Assembly: GCA_905178155.1 (NCBI GenBank) | Contig: CAJINV010000010.1 | Span: 1,571,182 to 1,635,181, forward strand | Length of the DNA stretch: 64,000 nt | DNA from: Amoebophrya sp. A120 | Taxonomy: Eukaryota; Protista; Dinoflagellata | Direction of reading: 5' to 3' | Made by a program: the position numbers and the translations under genes | Notes under the pieces: generated by a model | Database searches by the model: none | Seen by the model: the letters and a program-made list of their open reading frames with translations, nothing else | Told to the model about the DNA's origin: nothing | In this document: positions 12,501 to 24,500 of the stretch, one piece after another | Layout of the letters: each line of letters starts with the position of its first letter | How positions within the stretch are numbered: position 1 is the first letter of the stretch

Positions 12501-15500
12501 CTATCTTGTTTTAGTGACAGGCATTTTATTTGCAGCTCCTAGAAGCAACAAGAGTGAAATATTCATGAGTAGCTCGTCCTCCTGAACGCGGGAACGAATG
12601 ATATAAAAAATCAAACACCGACCAGTCTCCTCCCCTCCTTCGCTTTATCGCCTTCGTTTTCAACGGCCTCGACTTCGTTTTTCCGGACCATGACCTGCCG
12701 AAACCCGATAGCGATGCGGAACTGCAACAGGAGTGGCACCTTAGACAAGCGTGGGAGCTGTTTCATTTGCTCAAATTGGAAATGGAGGCTGATGACGTGC
12801 CCTCTGGTTACCACGACCGATCTCTTCCTGCTTTCTTCGGTCCCTGGACCTTCAAACGGCTTTTCGAAGACAAATTGCAGCTGCCCAACCCCGCGGAGAA
12901 GCTGTTCTATGCCAGCATCCGGATCGCGAGAAGGAAGAAGCAAACCTTTCTGGAGAGGTCACTCCCTTTATGCAAGAAAAGAACTGTGTAGGTGTAACTC
13001 TGTGATGCGGAAAGTGCAAAACTGTTTTACAGTTGTCATGCTGGATGTGCGTCATGGGCTACTTTTATACGTGTTTCCACGTACTAGCTGCGCATGACAG
13101 GTTTTCCCTGTAATGCAAAACGAATTTGTGATGCTGCTCTTGTTCCTACGAAGTTACACTTCCATACACAGTTTTTTTCCTGGATACCCTTGGGACAGAG
13201 TGCACAACCAGAAGCAAGTAAAAACGCTGCGGGCGAAATTCCAGCTGCAGTCTGATTGGCTCAGACTCATTGCGAGTGACTACTTACCGGATTACGTTCT
13301 GGAGATGGAGGAGCGGAAGCGGTTCAATGGTATCGAAAGGAAGAATCCCCCCTCCCTATATCAAAACGGAATTTCTGATGCTGGATTTGTGTACACAAAT
13401 CAGCTTTGTATTGCAGAGAGGCATTGCCATTGCGGCCAGATCTCCAGGCTTAGTAGGGGCGTACGGGTCTAGTAGTAGTTCAACATGGCAAACGGCTCCC
13501 CTTTCGGCCCAACAGCATGACAAATCGCTTCCACAATACATAGGGCGGAAGCTTCTGCCCTTGTCTTCTTGCATAGACAAAAGTGATTTGTGGCCTCAAA
13601 TCAGCAACGCAAAAAATTTTCGGAGACATACCGTTTCAATATGGGGAGGGGGGATTTTTCCTTACGATAAATAGCGGAGCGAAATTTCGAAGTTTGCTGG
13701 TGAATTCTTCTTCTCCCACCGCGGCTCCTCAGCAGGGTAGCGTCGTTGCGGCAGACCAAATCATGGACCTGCAGATGATTGAGGATGAATTTATGCTACA
13801 GAACTACGCCCAGCTGACGCAGTTTGCCCTGGAAAGGGACGAGACGAAGTTCCGGGTTTATTTGCGCAGAGCAACATACACACACAGGGCCACAAATCTT
13901 CTGAGCAAGGTCTTCCCGGTGGACATTTTCCGGTACGGAAGGCGCGAAACGTCTGGGCATGGGCTGCTTCCTCGCACGGAAGTAAGAACTCCGGCGGACA
14001 AAGTATGGCTTACTCAGATGTTACAATCTCAAATCGGTTACCATAGAATTTGAAACTTGTGTTGCATGATGAGCATGACAGACTCGCAGAGTGATGCTCC
14101 ACTTTCTGCAATACAAATTTCGCCAGATTGTAGCGGGGTTTGGGACTCCGGAACTTGTCATGCGCAATCCTATGAGAGTGGGCTAGAACATGCACTCTTG
14201 CATCACAGATTTCCGTATTCTATTGTAACGTTTGAGATTGTAACAGCTGAGCAGGTTATACAAAGAAACCACTTGCTGCGATGAGGTTTTCGAAAAGCTG
14301 CTGAAACTGGATCCAAGTCTGATCGCGCTGGCAGAAAACATTTTCGACCACAACACCTTTAGGACGCACATCACGGCACTGTGTACCGGACCAGCCGCGA
14401 GTGGTAATCCAGAGGACGAGTTGTCGCAAATGGGTATCAGTGCTGGCGTGATACAAAGAACTCAAAAAATGTCGAAGAGAGTCAAGCAGTTCCGTTTTGG
14501 CACATTGGATGAAATATCCAAGAAAAAACAACCATATTACCCATCCAATTTGTCATGCAAAACCTACATCATTTTCAGGATTTGTCATGCAAAAAATGGA
14601 TGGGGATGGTTGGTTTATTTTTTGTCCAGGATAAGACATAACCCTTCTCGATTTCGCCCGGGTGAGGCGAGAGGACCTGTTTTCAAAGTGGCTAGATCTC
14701 GCTCAGGACCGGAAAAAGGTGAATTGGGATACTGTGCTGTTCCCCGAAGATTTGGACCACGCGCTGGGCAAGTTTGGCTTTCGCTCCATTTTCCTGGACG
14801 AATTCGATAGTAAGAATGCCGCATCATCTATTACTGGTGCGCTAGGGGGCAACACAACGACAACGACCTCCGCCCCAGCAGGAACATCTTCAAGTCTACC
14901 AGCAGCAGAGACCCCGGAAGCCCCTACCAACGCGATCGCCCTGCCGCTGAGACAGCTGCTTCGGCTGTCGGGGCCGGCGGCCCGGATCTTTGCGAAAGAA
15001 GCGAAGTTTTGGGTCTTATCCGATGCGGCGGACTTGCAGTTTCGGAGTGCAAAGATGCAGCAATTCGTGCAGAATCCAAGCACGAGCTTTGTCCAGGTTT
15101 TGGAATTGTTACAGGAATTAGCTGTGGTTCCGGATAAAAAGGAAGAGATGTTGAGCAGCAGCTACACAGGTGGAACGAGCAAGGGTAAGGGGAAGAATGG
15201 TGACCAAGGCAATGCAGCTTTCCAAGTAGCCCCAATGCAAAACATCCCTGGTGCCGCGACCGCAGCGAACAGCATGATCACGCCGAACAGCGGCTCTGAC
15301 CCAGAGAGCTCCGACAAGGATAAAAACGACGAAGCGAAGCAGGCCGCGAACGCGACGCTACTCGAATCGCTCGTCATATGGAAGCGTCAGGATTGAAATC
15401 GTCAAAGTTGAAATGATTCCTCATGCAGGAATTGCAAGGCATGAAGTGCCTCTCTTGCAGGGATGGGAAGTGAGGCCGACTGTCAGCCTGTTTGGGGTCT

Positions 15501-18500
15501 GCGAGAGAGCTGCTAAAGTAGCATGACAAAAGACGCCGTCTTCTATCCCTAAACAGCATGACAGACTGGATTTAGACGGTGCCGAAATTTGTCATGCACC
15601 GCTTAGAAATTGGGCTTTTAACTGGTATCGATTTTATGCATTACAAATCATTTCAACTTTGTCGATTTCAATCCTGACACTCCCATACGTCATCGCGAGC
15701 TTGCAAACCGACTCGGCCGCCCACGTGGTTTCCTTTCTCCTCTCCCCACGCATGCTGCGAAACCCGCAGACGCAGCGGATCGCCGCGACGGTGCTACGGG
15801 CTTTGGGCACGAGGCTGACGAAGCAGCAAATGCTAATGCTTTGTGAGCACTTACTGCAGAAACCCCGGAAGCCGTGCTTGAAAATGCTGCTGCACAAGCA
15901 GTATGGATTGCAAAAATGTCTGGGTCTGGAAGAATGCAGGAGTTTGTGATGCAGATTTTGCATGACCCATGAGGTCTGTGATGCATGCCCTAGCATCAGA
16001 GACTCTGCGAGGGCTTTCTGATGCTCATACCGCATGAAAAATGCCCTCTCCGCGTAGCACAAATTACACCTCTTTTGCTGTTCATGCAATACAGATTTTA
16101 TGTAGAGTCCAAAGGTAGCATCATAAGTTGCATCCTTCCAGACCCAGACATGTTTGCATTTGATAAGCAGATCCTGCGAATCGTCATGGACCAAGTGGAA
16201 AATCCGGTGAATTTTGCAGAGGGGAAAAAAGTATGAAATGCAAATATGTCTGGGTCTGGAAGAGTGTAACTTGTCATGCTAAATCTGAATCGTGGAAAAA
16301 TTTGTATTGCATCATTACCAAAAGAGGTCCACTCTTTAACAAGTTCAGAGGCAGTTTCTCATGCAGGAAAGGCATGATAGAGATCTTACAGAACCTGTCT
16401 TCATGCTAGACCGTGCATGCCAAACCGTGCGGGTCATGGAAAACCTGCATGACAAACCTAGCACTCTTCCAGACCCAGACACTTTTGCACAGGATAAAAA
16501 GCAGCGGACATTTTGTTGAAAGAGTTCAAGGAAATCTCCGAGAAGCCGTGGAAAACGCAGAATTTCAAGACGAAACAGGAGTTCTGGTCGTTTAATTATC
16601 GAAAGTTGGTGGAGTTGAACGAGCAGTTATTTGCTCTTGGAAACATAAACACCACTTCTTCGAGGACTGCTGCAGCTTTTGGATTTTTCGCAAAGCAGGA
16701 GGCGAAGGTGATTCAGAAGAACATACAGACGTATGGAGTTTTGGATGTGAAAAAGTTGCAATTTCAGCAAGTCCAGGACAAATCTGTAGTCAAAGAAATG
16801 AAAGACAAGGTGAAGGAAAGAAACGATTTACTGTCGAAATTTGCGGGAATTCTGGATCGCACGAAGGACATGCAGAACTTGATTTTGGAAAGAGTCACAG
16901 CATCTGTAATGCTGGTGAACGTAAGGAATCTCGATGAGGAGACACGGGAAGATCAACTGCAAAGTACAAATCGAGGGAATAGTAAAACAAACACAACACC
17001 GCCTCCAACCACATCTGGATCTTCGGCCGACGCATCTATCGCGGACATGCAGCAAGCCTGCTACTGGAAAATTCTCGATTACACGGCCGAAAACTCGTGT
17101 TTCTTCGACTGCGATGTTCTCGCCTCGATTTTCCTCGCCCCTCTTGCCTTTGAAACGGATTTGATCGGAAAAGTGACCAGAATGAAGATGAAAAAAGTCT
17201 TTCAGTCCCACCGACAGCAAAGCCATCCGCTGCACAAAAACAGTACTTCCGCTGCAGACGAAGCAAACGCGTTTGCCTACGGAACGAAGTATAAAGTCGG
17301 GAGGAGCAAAATTTTCCAGTCCTTTTTCACGACAACAGGCCTCACTCTCGCCGCAGCCGATTTTTCCCTCGAGGGGGCCCCGAGTCCCAGCTACACTAGC
17401 CACAACAACTCGCTGACCCACTATTCCCGGGGAAGTTCGGTGTCGAAAGCGTTGGTTTGTTACGGGAGGTGTAAAATCCCAACGGAGTTGTTGGAGTTGA
17501 TTGTTGATTACACAGAAGACGCATTTGAACTAGATGTGGAGAAAGAGCAACAGGCGTTGTCTCTCGTGAGCAAAGACGTGTTGACAACGACGACGGTACC
17601 AGGTCGTGCTGCCACAGCAGCGGAGCAAGAGCAACAATTATTCGCGTTTCACGAAGATGAATTTAAACAGCGGCAAGCGGTGAAAGAGATGCAGGTTTTG
17701 AGAGGTCTCGCTAAGCAGGTGAAGAAGGAGAACAACCGCGGCGGGAGCTGCAACAGTAACTCAGCGGTGGAACAACTCCAAGAAGACAACTACTTGCAGA
17801 AAGACTGGCCGAATCTGGAGAAAGGGGTAGCGATGCTGGAAAGGTTGAAAGCATCGCTGTTGAAATCTTCCTGTGCAAGCACCACTGGAGCTTCTTCCAC
17901 TTCACCCACTACTTCTACTACGCATTCACCCTCCACTCCTATCCGCAGCTTACTCCGCCAGTCCATTGACTCTGTGAGGAAAGACGCCGACAAGGTTCTA
18001 GTCACTGACGGAAACGACGCGTTGCTGAAGCTGGTGGAGATGCGGCTGGATGCGCTCAAGTGTCAAAAGGTGTTTTTGGACGACAAAGATGCGGTGGATG
18101 AAGAACTCCTTCAAGAAGGCATTGGCATTACTTCCTCTTCCAAACAAGCGAACACTGTCCAGCAAAGAGCGGAATTGGAGATGGGTGGTTCTATGGAGTT
18201 GAGCGAGTTACCATACTTGAAAAACGTCATGAACCTCATCCGCGAGTTTTCAACTAAGGCAGAGACTGCGTACAGATCGACTACCGGGACTCCTGTATCA
18301 ATGCAAGCCGCAGCTTCAGCCTCAACAGGCTCAGTGGGGGTACTAGCACCCTCTTCAGATCAAGAACAAGCACCTTCCTACAGCTACGTCGAGAAACAGC
18401 ATCTCTTCCACCGGACGATTCACTACGCTTACTACCTGCAATTAGCCGAAATCCTCAAGTGTATCCTCCTAGGCCGGATGCTATTGGAAGGGGTTCTCCG

Positions 18501-19281
18501 GATGAAACAACTTGCTTCCACTTGGGAATTGAACTTCGCGAAGACCAAAAACAACAGCTCCGGAGACCGTGGTGGGAAGAAGCAAATCGGGACTGTGATC
18601 CACGCGAAAAACAACGCGTTTGTAGATTCTGTTGCGCATTCTGTGGTTAGTAGCAGTCTCGGGATCTGGGAGTCGACCATGCGTGGGTTTCTGGAAAAAA
18701 ACAGGAGTGGTGGTGTAGTTGCAATGGAAGTGGATGAAAGTAGCGCGGGCGTCGGACTGCTCGGAGGAAATACGAGTGCAGCCACGACAGCTCACCTTGA
18801 TGTCCTCGACTCCTTGAGAAACCAGCTCGGATCCTCGCTGCACACCCTGCTCCACACCCCCTTCCTCGAAGCGGTCCAGATCGAGCACGTAGTTACGCAG
18901 ACGCAAAACAGTACCACTGCGACGCCCTCCACAATTCATCCGCAAATCCGGCTCACGAAAAAGGATTTCTCCACCCTGCACCTTTCCCTGCTTTCTGGCT
19001 GTCTTTACGAATTCAGCCCGCAGCATCTGTTCGGTTTCTCCTACATGCACGAGCAGACGATCGCTGGGCTACTGTTGAACTCTCTCAAACAGTCGAAGGA
19101 GTTGCGACTCTTCGCACATCATGCGAACACCGACACGACGACAACTGGCGGGGGCAACAGAGACCCCCTGGGACTTTTCGCAATGGTGGCGGGAATGATA
19201 GTGGACGAGGCAAAGGAAGAAGGAAGGACTAAAGGTGACACGAAACACAAGGTCCCGTGGAAACAGGTGCTCAAGCCGTGA
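521..19281 (+). CDS. Giant multi-exon protein of unknown function (~4,270 aa after removing interruptions)
   Basis: Exons 521-2299, 2519-2571, 2877-3222, 3466-3512, 3735-4024, 4296-5664, 5932-6072, 7014-7714, 7982-8427, 8688-9965, 10251-10344, 10615-10653, 10979-12373, 12645-12968, 13192-13330, 13675-14003, 14266-14514, 14639-15376, 15693-15901, 16171-16231, 16502-19281 join in frame (total 12,807 nt) and link the listed ORFs 521, 2779, 3778, 4361, 5843, 7009, 8065, 8673, 10831, 12767, 13113, 13583, 14421, 14662, 15659, 16513. No domain recognised. Confidence 0.75.
2300..2518 (+). other. Canonical GT-AG intron
   Basis: ATG|gtattt...catacag|GTC; removal gives QTM-VAHWIGTLPV in frame with the next exon. 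Confidence 0.75.
2572..2871. mobile_element. TIR introner, family C
   Basis: tatggaagcgtcaggtttgaaatcgacaaagttgaaa...tttcaactttgtcgatttcaatcctgacactcccata; 5-bp DR ccgtt. Confidence 0.92.
3223..3460. mobile_element. TIR introner, family D
   Basis: tatggccgcgttctcaaatgttacattctcaac...gttgagaatgtaacagttgggaactccata; DR agcag. Confidence 0.9.
3513..3729. mobile_element. TIR introner, family I
   Basis: tatgcaagaaaaaaattgtg...cacaatttgtttcttggata; DR ttcac. Confidence 0.9.
4025..4290. mobile_element. TIR introner, family A
   Basis: taccaaatgcaaaaatgtctgggtctggaa...ttccagacccagacacttttgcatttgata; DR gttct. Confidence 0.93.
5665..5926. mobile_element. TIR introner, family A
   Basis: tatcaaatgtaaaaatgtctgggtctggaaga...tcttccagacccagacatttttacatttgata (perfect TIR); DR tccga. 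Confidence 0.95.
6073..7008. mobile_element. Atypical 936-bp GC-rich insertion obeying the TAT...ATA / 5-bp DR rule
   Basis: gtgag|tatgg...gcgtccata|gtgag; removal restores frame. Its left ~55 bp duplicate the downstream exon (6068-6127 resembles 7009-7071). Confidence 0.55.
7715..7976. mobile_element. TIR introner, family A
   Basis: tatcaaatgcaaatatgtctgggtctggaagg...ccttccagacccagacatttttgcatttgata; DR gaaac. Confidence 0.95.
8428..8682. mobile_element. TIR introner, family E
   Basis: tatgacgcgctcagctgttacaatctcaa...ttgagattgtcacgcctgagtgggttata; DR acgag. Confidence 0.9.
9966..10245. mobile_element. TIR introner, family G
   Basis: tatcctatgtaaaaacgtccccac...gtggggacgtttttacataggata (24-bp perfect TIR); DR catca. 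Confidence 0.93.
10345..10609. mobile_element. TIR introner, family A (reverse orientation, diverged)
   Basis: tatcaaatgtaaaaatgtctgggt...acccagacatttttgcatttggta; DR gaaga. Confidence 0.92.
10654..10973. mobile_element. TIR introner, family H
   Basis: tatcaaaatgaaaaaagctcccaccccatatcaa...ttgatatggggagcggggacttttcctctcaata; DR cccgg; homologous to 13331-13669. Confidence 0.88.
12374..12644 (+). other. Probable degenerate non-canonical intron (ends approximate)
   Basis: AT-rich interruption with weak IR gcgaaggaagactg / cagtctcc...ccttcgc and gct repeat; removal joins LIRS-FIAFVFNG in frame; no GT-AG at the in-frame junction. Confidence 0.55.
12969..13186. mobile_element. TIR introner, family I
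   Basis: tatgcaagaaaagaactgtgta...tacacagtttttttcctggata; DR ccctt. Confidence 0.9.
13331..13669. mobile_element. TIR introner, family H
   Basis: tatcgaaaggaagaatcccccctccc...gggaggggggatttttccttacgata; DR aatgg/aatag. Confidence 0.9.
14004..14260. mobile_element. TIR introner, family E (inverted relative to 8428)
   Basis: tatggcttactcagatgttacaatctcaaa...tttgagattgtaacagctgagcaggttata; DR caaag; interior is the reverse complement of 8428-8682. Confidence 0.92.
14515..14633. mobile_element. Short TIR introner (119 bp)
   Basis: tatccaagaaaaaacaaccat...atggttggtttattttttgtccaggata; degenerate DR tgaaa/agaca; frame restored. Confidence 0.78.
15377..15687. mobile_element. TIR introner, family C (inverted relative to 2572)
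   Basis: tatggaagcgtcaggattgaaatcg...cgatttcaatcctgacactcccata; DR cgtca. Confidence 0.93.
15902..16165. mobile_element. TIR introner, family A (reverse orientation)
   Basis: tatggattgcaaaaatgtctgggtctggaag...cttccagacccagacatgtttgcatttgata; DR agcag. Confidence 0.93.
16232..16496. mobile_element. TIR introner, family A
   Basis: tatgaaatgcaaatatgtctgggtctggaagagtg...cactcttccagacccagacacttttgcacaggata; DR aaaag. Confidence 0.93.
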
Positions 19282-20183
19282 AAGTAATTTTGGAATACAA
19301 ATTTTGAAGTCCTTTGCAGATATGTCGATGGCGTAGGCGTTCGCAATCGTATTACGAAGCTGTTTTTGTATACGACGTAGTGTTATATTTTCAGACCTGT
19401 GATAAATGACCTCCAACAGTACTCAAAACTAAGTTTTGCTATTGCTGGTATACCACCGTATCAACAAAGATAAAGAGATGATGAATCTGACACCTTGGTG
19501 ACAAGCTTTCAAATGTCTACGTGGATAATTTCAAATGAATCCTCGATGGGAAGGGTATCGAAAAAGAAACACTACACTCCTCGAGAAAATTGGTGATTGA
19601 AAGTATTTTTGAAGCGACGGATTGATACATAGATCACGCACTGGCAGCTACTTACTCGTGTTGCGCTTAGTACCTGACCTATTGAAGACTTTTTTTCTAC
19701 TCTCTCGAGCCTAACTCAGCTTGAGCCTGTGGCTTGCAGAACCACGGCAGAACGAGTAAGTCTGAATTTTCGCAAGAAGGTCATTGATGCATGATCAGTC
19801 TTTTGTGTTTCTTTCTTCCCGGAGCGATTCGCTGAGCCGTTTTGCTTTTTTTTCTGGTTGCGCAGCGAGGGCAAGAAGGCTTCCGCTTTTACGAGCCATA
19901 GAAGTATTTTCGCCCGCTTTTTCGTTCGAAATAAATCGGATCTTTTTTTTTTTTTGCTTGTTTGATGTTTTCTTATGGCCAAAGTCTCGTTGCTCCTGCT
20001 AGTCTGATCTGAAAAGCCTCGCACTGACCTGAAAAGTCCGGAGTCCACTTATCTTCAACATCTGTCGTGATGATCGAGGTAGTTGTTTTTTCTTCGGCTT
20101 TTAGTTCGTTGCTGCGTTCGTCAGCTTGAGCGGCCCTGCAGTGACAAGGAGCAGTTGTATTTGTAAGGTCAAGTAGCATCTAG

Positions 20184-21112
20184 TCAATAATACATGTCAT
20201 AAATGGCCTCCTTAGCATCCTTGCGAGGCGTAGACCCGGCCATAGACGGAGCAAGCTGCACCGTGATCCCGCCCATATTGGCAACCGCCAGCCAAAGCAG
20301 TCCCAGTCTCCCGAGTACAAGTGAGCCCAGCGTCCTGTTTCTATCAAATGTAAAAATGTCTAGGTCTGGAAGCTTGCCAGGTTTGTCTTGCATATTTTGG
20401 AAGACTCATGATGTCTGATGTCTGTGATGCATGCTCTAGCATGACAGATGTTTAGAGGCCTTTGTGATGCCTCTACCGCATGAGAACTGCCCTCTCCGGG
20501 TAGCACAAACTGGAGTTCCTTCGCCGGTCATGCAATGCAAATTTTTTTAGAATCCAGAGACAGCATCACAAGTTCAGAATCTTCCAGACCCATCCACTTT
20601 TGCACTTGATAGCTTCGCCTCCCGCCCGAAATGGTGGACGGCGAACCAGAGGAACTCTTGGTGAATTCCCGCATGACGGCACCGGTAGCGCTTTGTGGGC
20701 CGGCGCCCGGTAGCAACGAAGAACGCGAATCTGCAGCCAGGATCATTGATTTCCATAGAGGGCGGCTGTCTGCTGGAGTAGAAGCTGTAGCCGGAGTTGT
20801 GCAGCCCGTTCCTGATGTTGACCGACCTAGTGAATTTTCCACGGGATTTGATGCGGAGCATGGGGCAGCTGGGGAAGATGATTTTCCTGCGCAAGTTGGC
20901 GTGAAGGGGCAGCTGCCAATATCTTCTCTTTTTGTCAAGAACACAAAATTTTTGACGGGTGAATCTTCTAGCGGTAGTACTAGAAGATCATCAATGTGGT
21001 GCTGTATCCGGTAAAGCTGCACTGTCATCGATTTGATATCTTTAAAACCACGCGGGCAAAGAGGAACGTCCTCTAGGTTTTTGTCCACCATCAAGATCGT
21101 ACCATATTCCAT
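20184..21112 (-). CDS. Hypothetical protein (~217 aa, one introner); strand uncertain
   Basis: ORFs 20528-21112 and 20184-20393 join in frame after removing 20342-20611 plus DR. The + strand ORFs 20203 and 20631 also join, so strand rests on amino-acid composition only. Confidence 0.4.
20342..20611. mobile_element. TIR introner, family A
   Basis: tatcaaatgtaaaaatgtctaggtctggaag...cttccagacccatccacttttgcacttgata; DR gtttc/gcttc. Confidence 0.9.
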
Positions 21113-21527
21113 CAGTGAGCCCTGTTTTAGTTCGAGCTTTATGTGACGAAAATGCTACCTTCCTGTTCCTGCCTCTGCCTCTGGCTCGTCTCGATGTTCA
21201 TCACGTCATGCCTCTGGCCGCGTATTGGTTTCCGTTTCGATAGTGTCCTCTATAACCAGTTTTTTTTTTACTGTATCATACTAGACAGATGAGAGAGTGT
21301 GTGTTTGTCGCTTTTTTTTTTGAAGCTCCACCATGACCTGAGCGATTTTTTTCCATAAGGAACATGGGATACAGTGGAACCACTAGTAGATAGGCTCACG
21401 ACCACTACACAGTACAAATATTCAATCTCGCTTAGTAGCAGAGGGAGAGGTTGGTAGCTATTGGTATTAGTTGCAGTCTTACCTCCTTGATCTGCAGCGG
21501 CAGCTAAAAGACGAATTAGAGAAATAA

Positions 21528-24500
21528 ATGGCGAAGTCGCCTTCGGTGGGCGAAGGGGCGCTCAGCGCTGGCGATGGTCAGCCCGTACCGGACCGCACAT
21601 CAGCTGCAGCTCCTTCCGGCGTTTTATCGACGCAAGGACAAATTGAATCAATAAAGCCGGCGCTTCTGCTTACCGCGGATGATCGTGAAGATTCAAGATT
21701 GCACAAGGACGAGGTTCTGGAGTGTGCGGACGCAGACGTGCAGGCTGCAGCTCAAGTCGGACCACAACCAGCAGGAGCCGCCTCGTCGATCTCCGGACCA
21801 GATGACACGAATAAGGAGATGATCAACCCCCCTACAGCATCTACATCTAGTGCCGATTTGCTACTGAAGGAATTTCTGACAACACTCGCCACGTACATTC
21901 TGCTCCCAGTTCTGTGTGCCATTGTCTCGGAGGTGCTCCGTGGCACGGGATCCTTGTGTCACCTGCACAATGGGGAGCTGCGACAGCTCGTCTGGGCAAA
22001 GAACCAGGACCAGCTGTCGGCAATGTCAACGACAACCGGTGCACCGACGTCGTCTCCTGGGAAGAACAGTAATGGCAGTACTTTTAAAGACGGCCGCGAG
22101 ATCGCAATCCCGGACAACAAATGGTGGCATATGACAACTAGTCAGCTCTACAACATTGCCGGAGAATTTTTGATTTGGTGGTATATTTACGGCCTGTGCA
22201 ACTGCTTTCCGGTGACAGCAGACGCGGGCGCTTCGTTTTCTCGGGCTTCTAGTCGGCAAGACGAGCGTGCTAGTGAGAACGAGTGCGACGGCGCAGGGAA
22301 GAACCAGAAAGATCTTTCTAGGTCGATGAAACTCACTTCCCCACCGTGTCGCGCCGTCACGTCGACAAACACAGCGACCGTAAATCCAATGCTTGGAAAA
22401 TTTTACCTCTACTACGCCGTTTTCTGTGCGTCGCCGATCCTGTTTGGACTCATCTCATATTTGAGTCTGGAGGCCGAGGCTGGCACAAACCCCGAGCTGT
22501 TTGTGTTCGCGTTCCTGTGGTACGCTCCCGCCCGAGTTCTCTTTATCGTCCTTCCCTTCACAGCTTTGGCGCACTACTGCTGCATGCCGAAGGGTCGTGA
22601 ACGGGCACCAGCTGGCGGATCTACAGCTTCCTCCTGCTGTAGCAGTTTCGATAATGATCAACAGGAGCATGATGCTGAAAAGAAGAACCCGGCGACAACT
22701 ACTTCTACTACGTCGCAAGTGCTGTTGAATACGAATCAGCTGACCAAACGGAGGATTAGTACAGGGGCGTACCGGATCTGCATGTTTGCTCTGAACACTT
22801 TCATCATCAACGGACTCACCATGTTCATTGTGACTGTCATTCCGCAATTGTTTGCAGTATTGCAGAAACAGTCCTTCGTCGTGAGTACCTTCGGGGAGGT
22901 GGTCGTCACGGGCATGTTTTTCAGCGTCTTCCTCCCAGCCTGTGAAAAGTTCAGCGGAGCGTACACCTTACCCAGGGTCAGTCCAACAGTGCAAGAGTTT
23001 GTCGACATGGGATACAGTGTAGAAATCGCGAGGAGAACTGCCGAAGAACGGCGCGCATTCTTGGTGACAGGGTATAACTACTTCTTCGACGTAGCTCGGT
23101 TCGTTTTCGGCCGCGGGATTCTGCTGAAGCTTTCTACGCATACCATCGCACTTGTGATTTTCCGAGACATTGTCTACCACATGTGGCATTTCGGCTTCCG
23201 GCAACAAGAAAGTCTGGTCCTGTTTACAACCAAAATTGGAGCGATGCAGCATGCAGCTGAAGACGACGAGGAACAAGCTCTACTGCAGAACTACATGCCA
23301 CCCTCATGGCAGTTTATTAGCAAAGTCTGCTTTCAACTGCAACGCATTTCGCAATTCAATAGGCACCTCTCCGTCGCGTTTGAACAGACATACGACTTTC
23401 GAGCTTCGTCGAAGTACGCGGAAGAAATTCTCGCGCAAGCGATTCCAACTTCTCAGGAGTACGGAACAACTGGACAAGAGCCTTCGTTTGGCAAGAAAGA
23501 CGCCACCCTTAAGAAGGCGAATGGGACTACTGCGACTCCACCCACTTCAAAAAATAAAACGAAACCGATCCCCTTGGACACCATTCGGACCCATTTCGCG
23601 AATATTCGGATTACGCTCCGCAATGTCCCTCGGAACGTGTGGCACCTCTTGTTTCACAACGATCAGAACTTTTCCCATGGTGCAGTGCAGGTGCTGCGAG
23701 ATAATTGCGAGGGTCCGGCGGGACAAAAGCGCGACGCAAAGTCGGGCGGGAGACAACAGGGCGAGAACAGTAGCAACGTTTTGCTCCACGACTGTGACGG
23801 CGATGAAAAAGCGATGACAATGGAAAAGGCTGCAGCCGGCGCAGCAGCTGCAACAACCACACGAACATCTTCTCCCTCTGTACTAGATTCAGAATTCATG
23901 CACGACGCCATCGTTCCCGGAACGACCGAGAGCCAAGACACCATAATGTTTGCAGCAAAGCAAAAATCTTGCGACTCGCGAGGCACCCGGTCAAGCGACC
24001 TGCGAAGAGGCCGGCTTTTTTCCCCACCAGTGTCGACGGCCGAGCTGCTTGCGTTCAAGGGGTTTACCAAGTTTTACCGTCAGCAAAATTTTCTGCGATA
24101 CCAGATCCGCATCCAAATTCGGCTCGTCGTTTCGCTCGCGTTGATACTGGCTCCCCTGGTGTCTTCCCTCACGAACGTCTACTACTCCCTCGGGTTTCCC
24201 CAAGATGAGCGGGAACTTTGGGTGAGTCTCATCGTCCCCTTTGTGTTCCTCTGTGAAGATTTGATCGAGTGGTACGTAGTCACGTTCCGGCTGACCTTAT
24301 TCAACCAGAAACAAGTCGTCGACTTGGTTCCGCCCTTTCTGCGGTTTTACGAAAAACGTCACCCGCTCGCTAGGAATTTTAGACTGGGTCTCATCGGCGC
24401 GTGCATGCTCTACCTCCTGCTTATGTTCCAGAACCGGTACCCGACCCTGAGATTCAATTTGGTCGACAAAATCGGAGCCGAGACGGGATGGGAGAAGCAT

